The notes beneath the pieces are model-generated. The model did not search any database. It was given only the letters and a program-made list of their open reading frames with translations, and had not been told where the DNA came from. DNA of 64,000 nucleotides from an uncultured Elusimicrobia bacterium (GTDB lineage: Bacteria > Elusimicrobiota > Elusimicrobia > 2-01-FULL-59-12), in assembly GCA_963702895.1 (NCBI GenBank), contig OY969767.1:2560001-2624000 (forward strand). The letters are read 5' to 3'. The translations under genes and the position numbers were made by a program. Positions 38,561-51,609 of the stretch are shown here, piece after piece. Position 1 is the stretch's first letter. Every line of letters starts with the position of its first letter.

Positions 38561-40026
38561 CAGCTTTCCTCCGATGAAAAGACCTTCTTGAAATAATCGG
38601 CTTCCTGCGCGGCATCTTCTGGAAATGCGGTCACGCTGTAAGTGAGAGACGCTCCTGATCGCTGGAGCCGCCGGGCGAGGTCTTTTCTGGCCGTTTCCAG
38701 CACGTGGTTGGCGATCCTCTCCGCCTCGCGCTTGACCGTGCTTTGCAACCCGACATAGAGGGCATCAACGTCTCTGACCACAAGATCGCTCATGCGTCCC
38801 GTAGAACGCCGCACCAAGTTCTCGAGCTCGCTCAAGAGCCCCGCCATCTCGAGGCTCTCTTTCGAATCCTCCCCTTGTAATTGGAAAGTCACGGCGGAGA
38901 GGCTCCCGCCCCGCCTTGCCACATCATGAAAAAGCGTCGAGAGTTGTTCAAGAAAGACGGTCCGTCCTGATTGCCTTGGCAGAGCAAACACGATGCGGGA
39001 GCCTTGGCCAGCCCCGCCACTTTCTGCCCAAATACGACCCTTATGAAGTTCGACAATGCCGCGCGAGATGGACAGCCCAAGCCCTGTACCTTTTTCGCCC
39101 GTAAAGGAGGCGTGCCCCAACTGCTCAAATTTCACAAAGATCTTCTCCAGGTCCTGCTGGGAGATGCCGATGCCGGTGTCCGAAACGCAGCACACCGCCT
39201 CGTTGGGGTGACTGATGATTTCAATCTGAATATGCCCCTTTTCCGTGTATTTGAAGGAATTGCCCACCAGGTTGGTGACGACTTGGACAATTCGGTCGCG
39301 GTCGGCATAGACGCTCACGGGCCCTGCGGGCGTTGTGACACGGAGGTCGATCCTGCGATCTTCTGAGAGCGCCTGAAAGGCGCTCGCGACATCGCGCGCG
39401 ATCGCACTCATATCGAGACGCTGGCGCTTCAGTGTGATTTTCCCGGATTCGATCTTGGAGATGTCTAAGAGGTCGTCGATCATCCTCCCCATGCGCTCAA
39501 TGCCTGAGAGCGCCAGCGTCAAAGCGCGCTTCTGGGCCTCATTGATTTCTCCTCTTAGGCCTTCCGAGACCTGAGAGATCCCTTCACGAATCACCGTCAT
39601 GGGCGTGCGAAGCTCGTGCGAGACATTCGTGACAAACTCCTGCTGCAGGTTCTGGAGGCGCTTGCGTTCCTCGATATCGTGAAAAAGCAGGCAGGCCAGT
39701 TCCCGGTCATCGGGCTTGACCCGATAGGCGACGATGTCCACTTGGACGGCGCGCCCCGTTCCGGACTGCACTTGGAACTCGAAGGCGAAATGACCACTCG
39801 TGCGGATTTCTTTCCAAAGCTCCTTCCATAGAACGGGGACCATTTCCGGCGCGATGTGAAAGATGTCCAGACGGAAGAGCTGCTCGGGGCTCTGGCCGAG
39901 CGTCCGCAAGGCGCTCTCGTTGGCGAAGAGGGCATGCCCCTCCGTATCGAGACATAAGAGGCCCTCTGAGGTTTTCTCCGCCACGAAATGAGAGAGGGCC
40001 ATTTTTTCTTGCGCGGAAAGGGTCAT
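38560..40026 (-). CDS. PAS sensor histidine kinase with degenerate GGDEF-like C-terminus
   Basis: VSHELRTPM H-box, NLVGNSFKY, DTGIGI, GTGLGL; ATGA overlap gives start 40026. Confidence 0.92.
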   Translation of the reverse strand: MTLSAQEKMALSHFVAEKTSEGLLCLDTEGHALFANESALRTLGQSPEQLFRLDIFHIAPEMVPVLWKELWKEIRTSGHFAFEFQVQSGTGRAVQVDIVAYRVKPDDRELACLLFHDIEERKRLQNLQQEFVTNVSHELRTPMTVIREGISQVSEGLRGEINEAQKRALTLALSGIERMGRMIDDLLDISKIESGKITLKRQRLDMSAIARDVASAFQALSEDRRIDLRVTTPAGPVSVYADRDRIVQVVTNLVGNSFKYTEKGHIQIEIISHPNEAVCCVSDTGIGISQQDLEKIFVKFEQLGHASFTGEKGTGLGLSISRGIVELHKGRIWAESGGAGQGSRIVFALPRQSGRTVFLEQLSTLFHDVARRGGSLSAVTFQLQGEDSKESLEMAGLLSELENLVRRSTGRMSDLVVRDVDALYVGLQSTVKREAERIANHVLETARKDLARRLQRSGASLTYSVTAFPEDAAQEADYFKKVFSSEES

Positions 40027-40406
40027 GGGGTCAGGCTTTTGGGTTTCCTTGATAAATACCGGCGAGCCAGCTGCATCAATTCCTTGGGGTCCCAGGGTTT
40101 GGTGAGATAGGCGTCTGCTCCGCACGCTTTCCCATATTCTTCCTGCAGCGGCTGGGAGCATCCGGTCAGGATGATGATAGGGATGGCCTTGGTGCGTCTT
40201 TCGGCTTTGAGTGTTCTGCACAACTCCCAGCCATCGATCTTCGGGATTCGAATGTCCAGCAGGATGAGATCGGGTTTTCGGAGGGCTTGGAGGAACCCGT
40301 CGTCCCCATCGTGGGCTTCGACGACTTCGTAGCCAGCCTTGGTAAAACGAAAGCGCAGCATTTCAAGGGCATGCGGATCATCCTCGATCAAAAGGATTTT
40401 AGCCAT
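40023..40406 (-). CDS. Stand-alone response regulator receiver
   Basis: ILLIEDD, DLILLD, ILTG, TKPWD. Confidence 0.9.
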   Translation of the reverse strand: MAKILLIEDDPHALEMLRFRFTKAGYEVVEAHDGDDGFLQALRKPDLILLDIRIPKIDGWELCRTLKAERRTKAIPIIILTGCSQPLQEEYGKACGADAYLTKPWDPKELMQLARRYLSRKPKSLTP

Positions 40407-40450
40407 GGCTTCCCTAATATAGGGCGGGCCCCGGCGATTTTCAAGGCCAT

Positions 40451-41194
40451 TTATTGCTGGGATGGGCCCACAAAAGCTTCGCGGCTGATGCGGAGATTGT
40501 CAAAGACGGCCTTCGAATTGGCTTTGGTGAAAATTCCCAACTGCCCTGGCCTGACGTGGCCTTTCGTTGCCCCGCCCATCACAAGCTGTTTATCCAAGAC
40601 CACGGTGTAGTTCTGGTGGGTAAACACCATGCGAAGATCGTGCCATGTGTAAGGAGTGATGATCACGCCCCGACGATCGACAATTTTACGCTTGCCGCGC
40701 TTCACCCGATAGAGCGTACAGGCGTCTTCTCGTGAGCTGGCTTCGAGAGCGAGGTAATTTTTAGAGTCCTCGTACAGGTAGAGGATCCCGATGGTCTGGT
40801 CATCATCGGTCGAAAGCGTTTTGAAGAACACGGCGACCTCCCCGTGCTCGAGCCGACTCTCCGCCAGCAAGACAATCGCAGCGTGATCTCCAGGGTTGGC
40901 GCTGCCGCTTTGCGCCAGAACATGGGGCCGCGAAGGGGCATCGCGAGCTTCCTTGATTTCCCATTGGGCCTCCGGAGCTTCGCCGAGCGCGGCGATGGTA
41001 AAACGGGGAGGGGGAGGACCGGGGCGTTCTTGGTCAAAATTGAACACCGTCATGGGGGCTGGGAGAGCGTTCTTCGGCAGAGCCGACTCTTCGACGAGCT
41101 TGTATTCTCGCCCCATGGCAAGCGATGCGCAAAGGCCTGCCACAAGCGCGAGTCCGAACGAAGGAAGAGAGACCTTAACTCTTTTTTCTGTCAT
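40451..41194 (-). CDS. Secreted DUF1080/concanavalin-like domain protein
   Basis: Signal peptide, WHDLR, GQLGIFTKANS...FDNLRI. Confidence 0.65.
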   Translation of the reverse strand: MTEKRVKVSLPSFGLALVAGLCASLAMGREYKLVEESALPKNALPAPMTVFNFDQERPGPPPPRFTIAALGEAPEAQWEIKEARDAPSRPHVLAQSGSANPGDHAAIVLLAESRLEHGEVAVFFKTLSTDDDQTIGILYLYEDSKNYLALEASSREDACTLYRVKRGKRKIVDRRGVIITPYTWHDLRMVFTHQNYTVVLDKQLVMGGATKGHVRPGQLGIFTKANSKAVFDNLRISREAFVGPSQQ

Positions 41195-42503
41195 GGATTA
41201 GGTAGAAAGGAATACAGGCCGCCATCATGCCGATGCCGCCGAGGGCGGCGTTTCGGTCGTTGCGGATTTCGTGAAAGACCATCCAAAGAACCGTCACAAT
41301 GAAAAGAAAGGGTAGCACAGGATACCCCCAGGCCTTGTAGGGGCGCGGTAAATCAGGCTGGGTCCTGCGCAAATGATAGAGAGCGCTCACGGTGACGGCA
41401 TTGATGAGAAGGCTTGGGACGGTCACATAGTCGTCCAGTAGCCTGTAGAAATGGGAATGGTCAAGCCCGCCCCAGAGCGCAAGCACAGCCGCCCAGAGGG
41501 TGATAAAGAGAATGGCATTGGACGGCGTCCGAAAGCGTGGATGCACAGCGCCAAACAAAGGCATAAGATCGCCTCGCTCGGCCATCGCAAAGGGAATGCG
41601 CGGCGCCGTCAAGAGGGTTGCATTCAGACATCCCAGAATAGAAAAGGCAATAAAGAATGAAACTCCGTTGGCGATCGTGGGAGAAAACATCCTGCTTGCC
41701 GCTTCCTTGGCGATGGCAATCACCCCTCGCATCTCCCCGGACGGCATGGCGTAGAGATAAACCACGTTGAGCAAGAGATAAAGGACCGCCGTGAGAAGAA
41801 CGCCGCTCAAAAGGGAAACCGGTATGGTGCGTTCGGGGTTCTTGACTTCACTGCCCACGTACACGGTGGCATTCCAGCCGCTATAAGTGTACATGATGGG
41901 GATGAGCGCCATGGCGAGGCCCTCGAGGAGGGGAGGGGAGGACCCTGGGGCCAGACGGAAGAGGGGCTCTGCATTCGAGAGGCTGCCTTGGCCCAGAGCT
42001 GCGCCTATGGCGGCAAAGCCAAGGATCGCGACAACTTTGATGGTCGTAATGGCGTCAACAACACCCGCACCCACTTTGACCCCGAGATAATTGAGCGCTC
42101 CAAAGAAAAGGATCAATCCAACCGCGGTGATTTGGACATAAAGCGGATTTTGGATGCCTGCGTATTTCGTAAACCCGACCGCCAGAATAGCAATGGTGCC
42201 GGACTGGGTGATAAACGTCGCGGACCACCCATAAAGAAATCCCCAAAAAGGGCCGTAGGCCTCACGCAAGAATTGGTAATTCCCCCCGGCTCGGGGGTAG
42301 GCCGCGCCGAGCTCCGCGTAAGAAAGCGCCCCAGCCAACGCCAGCATGGCCCCTAGGACCCAAGCGAGGAGAACCCAGCCGCTGGTCGGCAAGAGCGTGG
42401 AAATGCGGCCTGGCGTCGTAAATATACCCACGCCAATCATGTTGCCGATCACGAGCATCGTGCAGGAAAAGAGGCCCAAAGCTCTACGTAACTCGTAACT
42501 CAA
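41175..42503 (-). CDS. APC-family amino acid permease
   Basis: GNMIGVGIF, YAELG...PRAGG, YSGWN, EVKNP, RPYKAWGYP. Confidence 0.93.
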   Translation of the reverse strand: MSYELRRALGLFSCTMLVIGNMIGVGIFTTPGRISTLLPTSGWVLLAWVLGAMLALAGALSYAELGAAYPRAGGNYQFLREAYGPFWGFLYGWSATFITQSGTIAILAVGFTKYAGIQNPLYVQITAVGLILFFGALNYLGVKVGAGVVDAITTIKVVAILGFAAIGAALGQGSLSNAEPLFRLAPGSSPPLLEGLAMALIPIMYTYSGWNATVYVGSEVKNPERTIPVSLLSGVLLTAVLYLLLNVVYLYAMPSGEMRGVIAIAKEAASRMFSPTIANGVSFFIAFSILGCLNATLLTAPRIPFAMAERGDLMPLFGAVHPRFRTPSNAILFITLWAAVLALWGGLDHSHFYRLLDDYVTVPSLLINAVTVSALYHLRRTQPDLPRPYKAWGYPVLPFLFIVTVLWMVFHEIRNDRNAALGGIGMMAACIPFYLIHDRKKS

Positions 42504-42565
42504 TGTTTACGCTCCGTTCATATCTCTGTAACAGGCTCGCGCTACACTCTTCTTAGGAGAGCCCC

Positions 42566-42658
42566 ATGAACTTCTTCGCTCTTACAGGACTGTGGATTGG
42601 CGTGGGCCTTGTGGCGCTAGGGTTTTCCCTCGCCAGCAACCTTCTCCACCTAAAATAA
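42566..42658 (+). CDS. 30-aa single-TM small protein MNFFALTGLWIGVGLVALGFSLASNLLHLK
   Basis: TACACT at 42543-42548, SD AGGAG, hydrophobic ORF, downstream terminator. Confidence 0.6.
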   Translation: MNFFALTGLWIGVGLVALGFSLASNLLHLK

Positions 42659-42685
42659 TCCCAACGACCCTTCTTAACGAATGAA

Positions 42686-42720
42686 GCGGTCGCCAGACGC
42701 ATGGCGACCGCCTTCTTTAT
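42686..42720 (+). terminator. Intrinsic terminator-like hairpin
   Basis: GCGGTCGCCA-GACGCA-TGGCGACCGC followed by CTTCTTTAT. Confidence 0.7.
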
Positions 42721-42958
42721 ATTAAAACTGGTCAATTATTGGAACTGAAAACCACATCTCTATCGTTCTAAGGACCTCTGGCCTTCCAAGGCAATAAAAA
42801 AACCCGGCGTTCTCATGCCGGGATCTCTAAAACCAGGGGTCTATGAATTTCGAATGACAGATTGAGTTTAACAGGACTCGGTCCACTCGACAAGGCCCAA
42901 GATAGGCCTAAAGATTGAGATCTTCAAAAAGACTGATGCTGAATGAAAATATGAAAAT

Positions 42959-43523
42959 TTACACAGCGATGAGGGCTCTGGGGCTCGCTGGCCAGCCATA
43001 CTCGTCCTTGGGGAGTCCATAGGTCGGTGGCCGGTAGAGCTCTTCCAGAGAACGAGAGATGAAATTCCCCTCGTAGAGGTCATTTCGGACAAAAAACGCA
43101 TTGGCACCACGGCTTTCACATCCCGCGGTTGATGTTTTCCGCGGTCACAAAAGCTTGCTTGATGTGCAGCGGAGGGTTCGGCGCAGGGTCCATCAGAAGG
43201 CCAGTCCATCCCTGTTTTTCCATAAGGAGCCGCGTATTGCGCTCCGCCCCGTCTTCCACACCAAACTCCACCGCATACTTAGGCCCTGGCCCCAGGCGCC
43301 GGAGAATGGCCTGGAGAATGCCATCTTCTCCATGCTGTGAATACCACTTCGCTTCAAAGCGCGAGAGGTCCCCAAGCGGGCCCAAGCGTACGGCGGGGAG
43401 AAGGATGCGGCACCGGAGTCTCTGGAGCGCCTCGATCGCTGCTCTGGCGATGAGCAACAGGGACCATATCCCAGAGCCACGCCGAACTCGCGCTTTCATG
43501 AAATGACGGATGTGGTTCATCAT
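42959..43523 (-). pseudogene. FkbM-like methyltransferase-family pseudogene with internal deletion and frameshift
   Basis: YSQHGEDG...VEFGVEDG...VTAENIN jumps into another frame reading GCESRGANAFFVRNDL...LYRPPTYG...*; the central LLSIDIDG-type core expected for this family is missing. Confidence 0.75.
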
Positions 43524-43575
43524 GGCGGAAAAGAGAGCCGCAAGGCCCAAGCTCTATGGCGCGACACCCAGGGGG

Positions 43576-46074
43576 CTATTTCTTTAAGGGCAATTCTTCT
43601 TGTTTATCTTCTTCGTCTTCGGTGGCGAGCGGCGTGATGGCCGCGAGCTTGTCTTCCTGCTCCTGGCGAACGAGGCGAACACCCTGGGCATTGCGGCCAA
43701 TGATCGAAACTTCTTTGGCGGCCAGGCGTATGCTCATGCCTTTTTCTGTCATCAGCATGACGTCGTCGCCATCGTTCGCCTTAATGAGGCCTACCACAGG
43801 GCCGTTGCGGTCGGTGGTCTTAATATTGATCACACCATGGCCGCCGCGGGACTGCAATCGGTATTCGTCGATGTCGGTGCGTTTGCCGAAGCCGTGTTCG
43901 GTCGCAATTAAAATGGTGTCTTTGGCTCCGACCGCTTCCATGCCTACCACGCGGTCGCTCTTGCCCAGCTTGATGCCGCGCACCCCCATGCCCGCTCGGC
44001 CAATGGGGCGTACATCCTCTTCCTTAAAGCGGATGGCCAGACCTTCGCGCGTGCCAATAATAATTTGAGACTTACCATCGGTATGCTTGACGCCGATCAG
44101 GCTGTCGCCTTCATCGAGCCTAATCGCGATAATGCCGCCGCGGCGGGGGTTGGCAAATTCCGTGAGTGGAGTTTTTTTGACCGTGCCATGCATCGTGCCC
44201 ATGAAGAGGAAATCCTCTTTATTGTCCTTTGGCTCAAAGGAGTCAACTGGGATGGCCGCCGTGATTTTTTCTCCCTGTTCCGAGAGTTGAATGAAATTGG
44301 CGATGGACTTGCCCTTGGACGCGCGCCCCGCTTCGGGGATCTCATAGACCCGCGTCCAGTAGACCCGACCCTTGTTCGTAAACAGGAGCAGATAAGCGAG
44401 GGTGTTCGTCACAAAGAGTTGTTCAACATAATCCTCTTCGCGCGTGGTCATGCCCGTAACACCCTTGCCGCCGCGCCGCTGGGCGCGGTAAGCGGTCACG
44501 GGCAAGCGCTTGACATAGCCCGCATGCGAGAAGGTCACCACCACCTCTTCATGGGCCACGAGGTCCTCGATCTCCATCTCTTCGGCGGCGGCTGTGATCT
44601 TCGTGCGGCGCTCATCCCCATATTTTTCGTTGAGTTCCTTGAGCTCGGCTTGAATGATGGCCAGCACCTTGCGGGCATCCGCCAGGATCCCCTGGAGGCG
44701 CGCGATGGTTTTGAGGAGCTCCTCATATTCGTCTTCGATCTTCTTGCGCTCAAGGCCCGTGAGCTGCTGCAAGCGCATGTCGAGGATGGCCTGGGCCTGG
44801 ATGCGCGTCAGGCTAAAGTTTTCCATCAGACGCAGCCGCGCGGCATCGGTGTCTTTGGACTCACGGATGGTCTTGATGATCTTATCGAGATGGTCGAGGG
44901 CGATTTTCAAGCCCTCCAGTATGTGGGCGCGCGCCTCGGCCCGGGCCAGCTCATACTTCGTGCGGCGGACCACGACTTCTTTGCGGTGCTCGACGTACCA
45001 GTGGATCATTTCCCGCATCGAAAGGACCTTGGGTTTCCCGCTCACCAAAGCCAGCATGATCACGCCAAAGGAAGTCTGAAGGGCCGTGTGCTTGAAAAGT
45101 TGGTTGAGGACGATCTGGGCGTTCCCTTCGCGCTTGATTTCGATCACGACGCGGATGCCGTCGCGGTCCGATTCGTCTCGAATGTCAGAGATGTCATCGA
45201 CCCTCTTGTCCCGCACAAGGTTCGCGATGGACTCAATAAGAGAGGTCTTGTTCACCTGGTAGGGTATTTCGTTGATGATGATGGCCTGCCTGCCGCCGCG
45301 GATGTCCTCGATTTCGGTCTTGGCGCGAATCACCACGGACCCGCGGCCCGTCTCGAAGTAGTCCTTGATGCCTTGGCGGCCCATGAGGAAGCCCGCGGTT
45401 GGGAAGTCTGGCCCCTTGATAATCTTGAGGAGCTCGGCCGTCGTGATCTCGGGGTTTTCGATGTAGGCGGCAATGCCGTTACAGACCTCCGAAAGATTAT
45501 GCGGCGGCATGTTGGTCGCCATGCCTACGGCGATGCCGGCCGATCCATTCACCAAGAGATTGGGGAGCTTGGCGGGGAGCACCAAGGGCTCGGTCATCGA
45601 GCCGTCGTAGTTGGGCCCATAAGCGACCGTTTCTTTATCGATATCGCCGAGCACTTCATCGGCAATCGCGCCCAGGCGCACCTCGGTGTAGCGCATGGCG
45701 GCGGGCGGGTCCCCGTCGACCGAGCCGAAATTCCCCTGACCGTCGACAAGCGTATAGCGAAGCGAAAAGTCTTGCACCATGCGGACCATGGCATCATAGA
45801 CCGCGACATCTCCATGAGGATGGAATTTACCCAAGACGTCTCCGACCACGCGTGCGCTTTTCTTATAAGCGGAGCGGTGGGTAAGCCCCATCTCCTTCAT
45901 GGCAAAAAGGATCCGGCGATGCACAGGCTTAAAGCCGTCTCGCACGTCGGGCAAGGCGCGGCCCACGATCACGCTCATCGCGTAATTGATATAGGACGAC
46001 TTCATCTCGTCTTCGATGTTCCGCGGGATGATCCGGTCGCTGGGTTCGGGCGGGAGTGTGGGTGTTTGGGCCAT
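43576..46074 (-). CDS. gyrA: DNA gyrase subunit A
   Basis: [21 protein letters not shown], GyrA-box QRRGGKG. Confidence 0.99.
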   Translation of the reverse strand: MAQTPTLPPEPSDRIIPRNIEDEMKSSYINYAMSVIVGRALPDVRDGFKPVHRRILFAMKEMGLTHRSAYKKSARVVGDVLGKFHPHGDVAVYDAMVRMVQDFSLRYTLVDGQGNFGSVDGDPPAAMRYTEVRLGAIADEVLGDIDKETVAYGPNYDGSMTEPLVLPAKLPNLLVNGSAGIAVGMATNMPPHNLSEVCNGIAAYIENPEITTAELLKIIKGPDFPTAGFLMGRQGIKDYFETGRGSVVIRAKTEIEDIRGGRQAIIINEIPYQVNKTSLIESIANLVRDKRVDDISDIRDESDRDGIRVVIEIKREGNAQIVLNQLFKHTALQTSFGVIMLALVSGKPKVLSMREMIHWYVEHRKEVVVRRTKYELARAEARAHILEGLKIALDHLDKIIKTIRESKDTDAARLRLMENFSLTRIQAQAILDMRLQQLTGLERKKIEDEYEELLKTIARLQGILADARKVLAIIQAELKELNEKYGDERRTKITAAAEEMEIEDLVAHEEVVVTFSHAGYVKRLPVTAYRAQRRGGKGVTGMTTREEDYVEQLFVTNTLAYLLLFTNKGRVYWTRVYEIPEAGRASKGKSIANFIQLSEQGEKITAAIPVDSFEPKDNKEDFLFMGTMHGTVKKTPLTEFANPRRGGIIAIRLDEGDSLIGVKHTDGKSQIIIGTREGLAIRFKEEDVRPIGRAGMGVRGIKLGKSDRVVGMEAVGAKDTILIATEHGFGKRTDIDEYRLQSRGGHGVINIKTTDRNGPVVGLIKANDGDDVMLMTEKGMSIRLAAKEVSIIGRNAQGVRLVRQEQEDKLAAITPLATEDEEDKQEELPLKK

Positions 46075-46077
46075 ACG

Positions 46078-48860
<2,783 letters not shown>

Positions 48861-48862
48861 TC

Positions 48863-50005
48863 CTACACCCTCATCGGCATAATGACGGAGAGCATGTCGG
48901 CATCGCCGACAGGCCGGATGACGCCGGGGTTTAAGGCCGTGGACAGTTCGAGCCAGACCTGGCTGGCATCCGAGTTTTTGAGGACATCCAGAACAAACTG
49001 TGGATTGAAGGCGATCTCAAGACCCGGCCCTGTGTAGTCGACAGGCAGCTCATCTTCCACTTCCACGCGCCCTTGGGCCGCCCCTTTGGCGCGAAGTTTG
49101 CCGTTTTCTAGCGAAAAGCGAACCGCGCCTCCGCGGTCCCCTGATCCTAACGCAGCGCGCTGGGTCATCATGAGAAGATCTTTGGCCGCGAGTTGGACTT
49201 TGGTTTCAGAGGATTTAGGGATTACCTGCTCATAATTCGGGAAGTTACCATCAATGAGTCTGGAGATGACGATGGTTTCTCCTATTTTGAAAGCGACTTG
49301 ATTTTCTGTAACACTCACCTTGATCGTATCCGTCCCCAGCCCCTCCGAGACAAGCAAGCGCTCCACCTCTCGGATCGCTTTCGAGGGGATAATCACGGCA
49401 ATCACCATTTTCTTCTCCTGCACCGGAGAGGCTTTATAGGCGAGCCGGCGCCCATCGGTGGCCACCATACGCGCCGTCCCCTTATCCAGCATAAAGAATA
49501 CGCCGTTGAGAATATAACGCGTCTCATCTGTGGAGGCCGCATAAGCCGTCTTTCGAATCATCTCAAGGAGTGTTTTTGCTTCTATCGTGACGGCATGATC
49601 TTCTGGGAACTCTGGCAAAACCGGGAAGTCTTCTTTGGGAAGCCCCAAAAGGACACATCGCGTCTTCCCGGACTTCAACTCCATCCGTGTGCCCTCTTCT
49701 GTAACGATACGAATTTCCTGATTTTCTGGAAGTGTTTTGACAAAATCGCAAAAGGTGCGCGCCGGAATGGTTAAGGCTCCTTCTTTTACGATTTCTGCTT
49801 TAATCAGACAGCGAACGCCCACCTCAAGATCCGTCGCCGCGAGTTTAAGTTGGTTGGTTTTAGTCTCAATTAAAATATTTGAAAGGACGGGGAGTGTGCT
49901 TTTGGAAGAAACGGCAGACTGGACAATTTGTATGCCTTTGAGGAGCTCCGCTTTTGAGCAAACGATCTGCATAGAAGTTTTAAGGACGTTCTCAGTTGTT
50001 ACCAT
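48863..50005 (-). CDS. dnaN: DNA polymerase III beta clamp (alternative start 49972)
   Basis: TLPVLSN, ATDLE, VATDGRRL, GNFPNY, VIMPMR. Confidence 0.98.
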   Translation of the reverse strand: MVTTENVLKTSMQIVCSKAELLKGIQIVQSAVSSKSTLPVLSNILIETKTNQLKLAATDLEVGVRCLIKAEIVKEGALTIPARTFCDFVKTLPENQEIRIVTEEGTRMELKSGKTRCVLLGLPKEDFPVLPEFPEDHAVTIEAKTLLEMIRKTAYAASTDETRYILNGVFFMLDKGTARMVATDGRRLAYKASPVQEKKMVIAVIIPSKAIREVERLLVSEGLGTDTIKVSVTENQVAFKIGETIVISRLIDGNFPNYEQVIPKSSETKVQLAAKDLLMMTQRAALGSGDRGGAVRFSLENGKLRAKGAAQGRVEVEDELPVDYTGPGLEIAFNPQFVLDVLKNSDASQVWLELSTALNPGVIRPVGDADMLSVIMPMRV

Positions 50006-50194
50006 ATTGTATTAAAAATCGTAGTAGTATCCGTAGGGAGTTGGATAGTGGGTATAACCTCTGGCGCCGATCGAAAAAAGCACAACATCAAAAACTTCCA
50101 ACATCCCATGCATGAAGAACATCCTACGAACAACCCTGCTAATTTATCCCCACAATCCACACCAGGGAACCTTATCCACGCCACTTAGGACTTA
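50006..50194. promoter_or_regulatory. Putative oriC: DnaA boxes, DnaA-trio-like repeat and AT-rich tract
   Basis: TTATCCCCA 50144-50152, CAATCCACA 50153-50161, TTATCCACG 50172-50180, inverted TGGGTATAA 50049-50057; GTAGTAGTATCCGTAG 50021-50036; AT-rich 50006-50019. Confidence 0.85.
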
Positions 50195-51565
50195 TTAAGA
50201 TTTTGTTCCTGAGCGGATCTCTTGAATGATCTTGTTCACGAGGGCTGTAAAAAAAGGGTCCTGCTCCAGGCGGCTCTTCACTTTTTGGGTCGCGTGCATG
50301 ACCGTGGTGTGATCTTTCCCGCCAAAACATTCACCGATCTGCGTGGTGGACATATCGGTTAGCGTTCGGGTCAGGTACATCGCGATCTGGCGCGGGAAAG
50401 CGATGGCGTCTGTACGCCGCTTGGACCGCATGTCGTGAAGTTCCAGATGATAATGATGGGCTACCACTTCCTGAATCTTTTCAATGGAAACTGGGGCCGC
50501 CGCGTCTTCGCGGGCCATCACGTCACGCAGCACCGCCATCGCAGAGTCCACGGTCAGAGGGATGCCGGTCAGCGACGCATGAGCCACCACGCGCGTCAAA
50601 GACCCTTCTAGCTCCCGGATGTTGGAGCGAATGTGGCTTGCCAGAAAGAGCAACACATCATCCGGCACAAAAAGACTCTCCGCTTCCGCCTTATCACGCA
50701 AGATCGCGATGCGCGTCTCAAGCTCCGGCGCCTGGATGTCCGCCACGACCCCCCATTCAAAGCGGGTGATCAGACGCTCCTGTAGGGTAGGGATCTCCTT
50801 CGGAGGCCGGTCGCTTGTGATCACGATCTGTTTACGGGAGTCATAGAGGGTATTAAAGGTATAGAAAAACTCTTCCTGGGAACTTTCCTTATTAACGAGG
50901 AACTGAATATCATCAATCAGGAGGCAATCAAGCCCACGGTATTTCTGGCGGAACTGATTCATCTTCTCAAATCGAAGCGAATCGATAAATTCATTGATAA
51001 ATTTCTCAGAGGAAGTGTAGAGCACGCGCGCGCGGGGGTTGGCCTGCAAGATGTGATGGCCAATCGCATGCATCAAATGGGTTTTCCCAAGCCCCACCCC
51101 ACCATAGAGGAAGAGAGGGTTGTAGGCCTTGCCAGGGTCCTTCGCGACAGCCTGGGAAGCGGCTTGGGCAAATCGGTTCGAGTGGCCTACCACAAAGGTG
51201 TCAAACGTATAGCGGGAGTTTAAGTACGTTTCGATGGAAGGCCCCGCAGGCGCGGAGGTCGTTACGGAGGCAGGCGCCGGGACTGATGCTGGCGACTGGA
51301 GGAGCTCCTCGACCGGTCGAAGGACGGTAAAGGAGAGGGCAATGGACTGGCCAGAGCGCTCTTTTAAAAGGGTCTCAATATTAGATTGGTAATGATCGCG
51401 CAGCCAATCCGCGAAGAAGGTGTTCGGGACCTGAACAACCAGACGTCCCCCTTCCAAAGAGATGGCTTTTACGGGTCGAAACCACAAATCGAACGATTCG
51501 TCGTTCATTTGCGGCTTCAAAACGGACAAGACATCTTCCCACAAATTCTCTACGACTACAGTCAT
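50195..51565 (-). CDS. dnaA: Chromosomal replication initiator
   Basis: YNPLFLYGGVGLGKTHL, LIDDIQF, NIRELEG, GGKDHTTV; SD GGAG before ATG 51565. Confidence 0.99.
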   Translation of the reverse strand: MTVVVENLWEDVLSVLKPQMNDESFDLWFRPVKAISLEGGRLVVQVPNTFFADWLRDHYQSNIETLLKERSGQSIALSFTVLRPVEELLQSPASVPAPASVTTSAPAGPSIETYLNSRYTFDTFVVGHSNRFAQAASQAVAKDPGKAYNPLFLYGGVGLGKTHLMHAIGHHILQANPRARVLYTSSEKFINEFIDSLRFEKMNQFRQKYRGLDCLLIDDIQFLVNKESSQEEFFYTFNTLYDSRKQIVITSDRPPKEIPTLQERLITRFEWGVVADIQAPELETRIAILRDKAEAESLFVPDDVLLFLASHIRSNIRELEGSLTRVVAHASLTGIPLTVDSAMAVLRDVMAREDAAAPVSIEKIQEVVAHHYHLELHDMRSKRRTDAIAFPRQIAMYLTRTLTDMSTTQIGECFGGKDHTTVMHATQKVKSRLEQDPFFTALVNKIIQEIRSGTKS

Positions 51566-51609
51566 GTAAAACTCACTCCATCCGGGAATAGAACAGGAAG
51601 GACGTAAAA

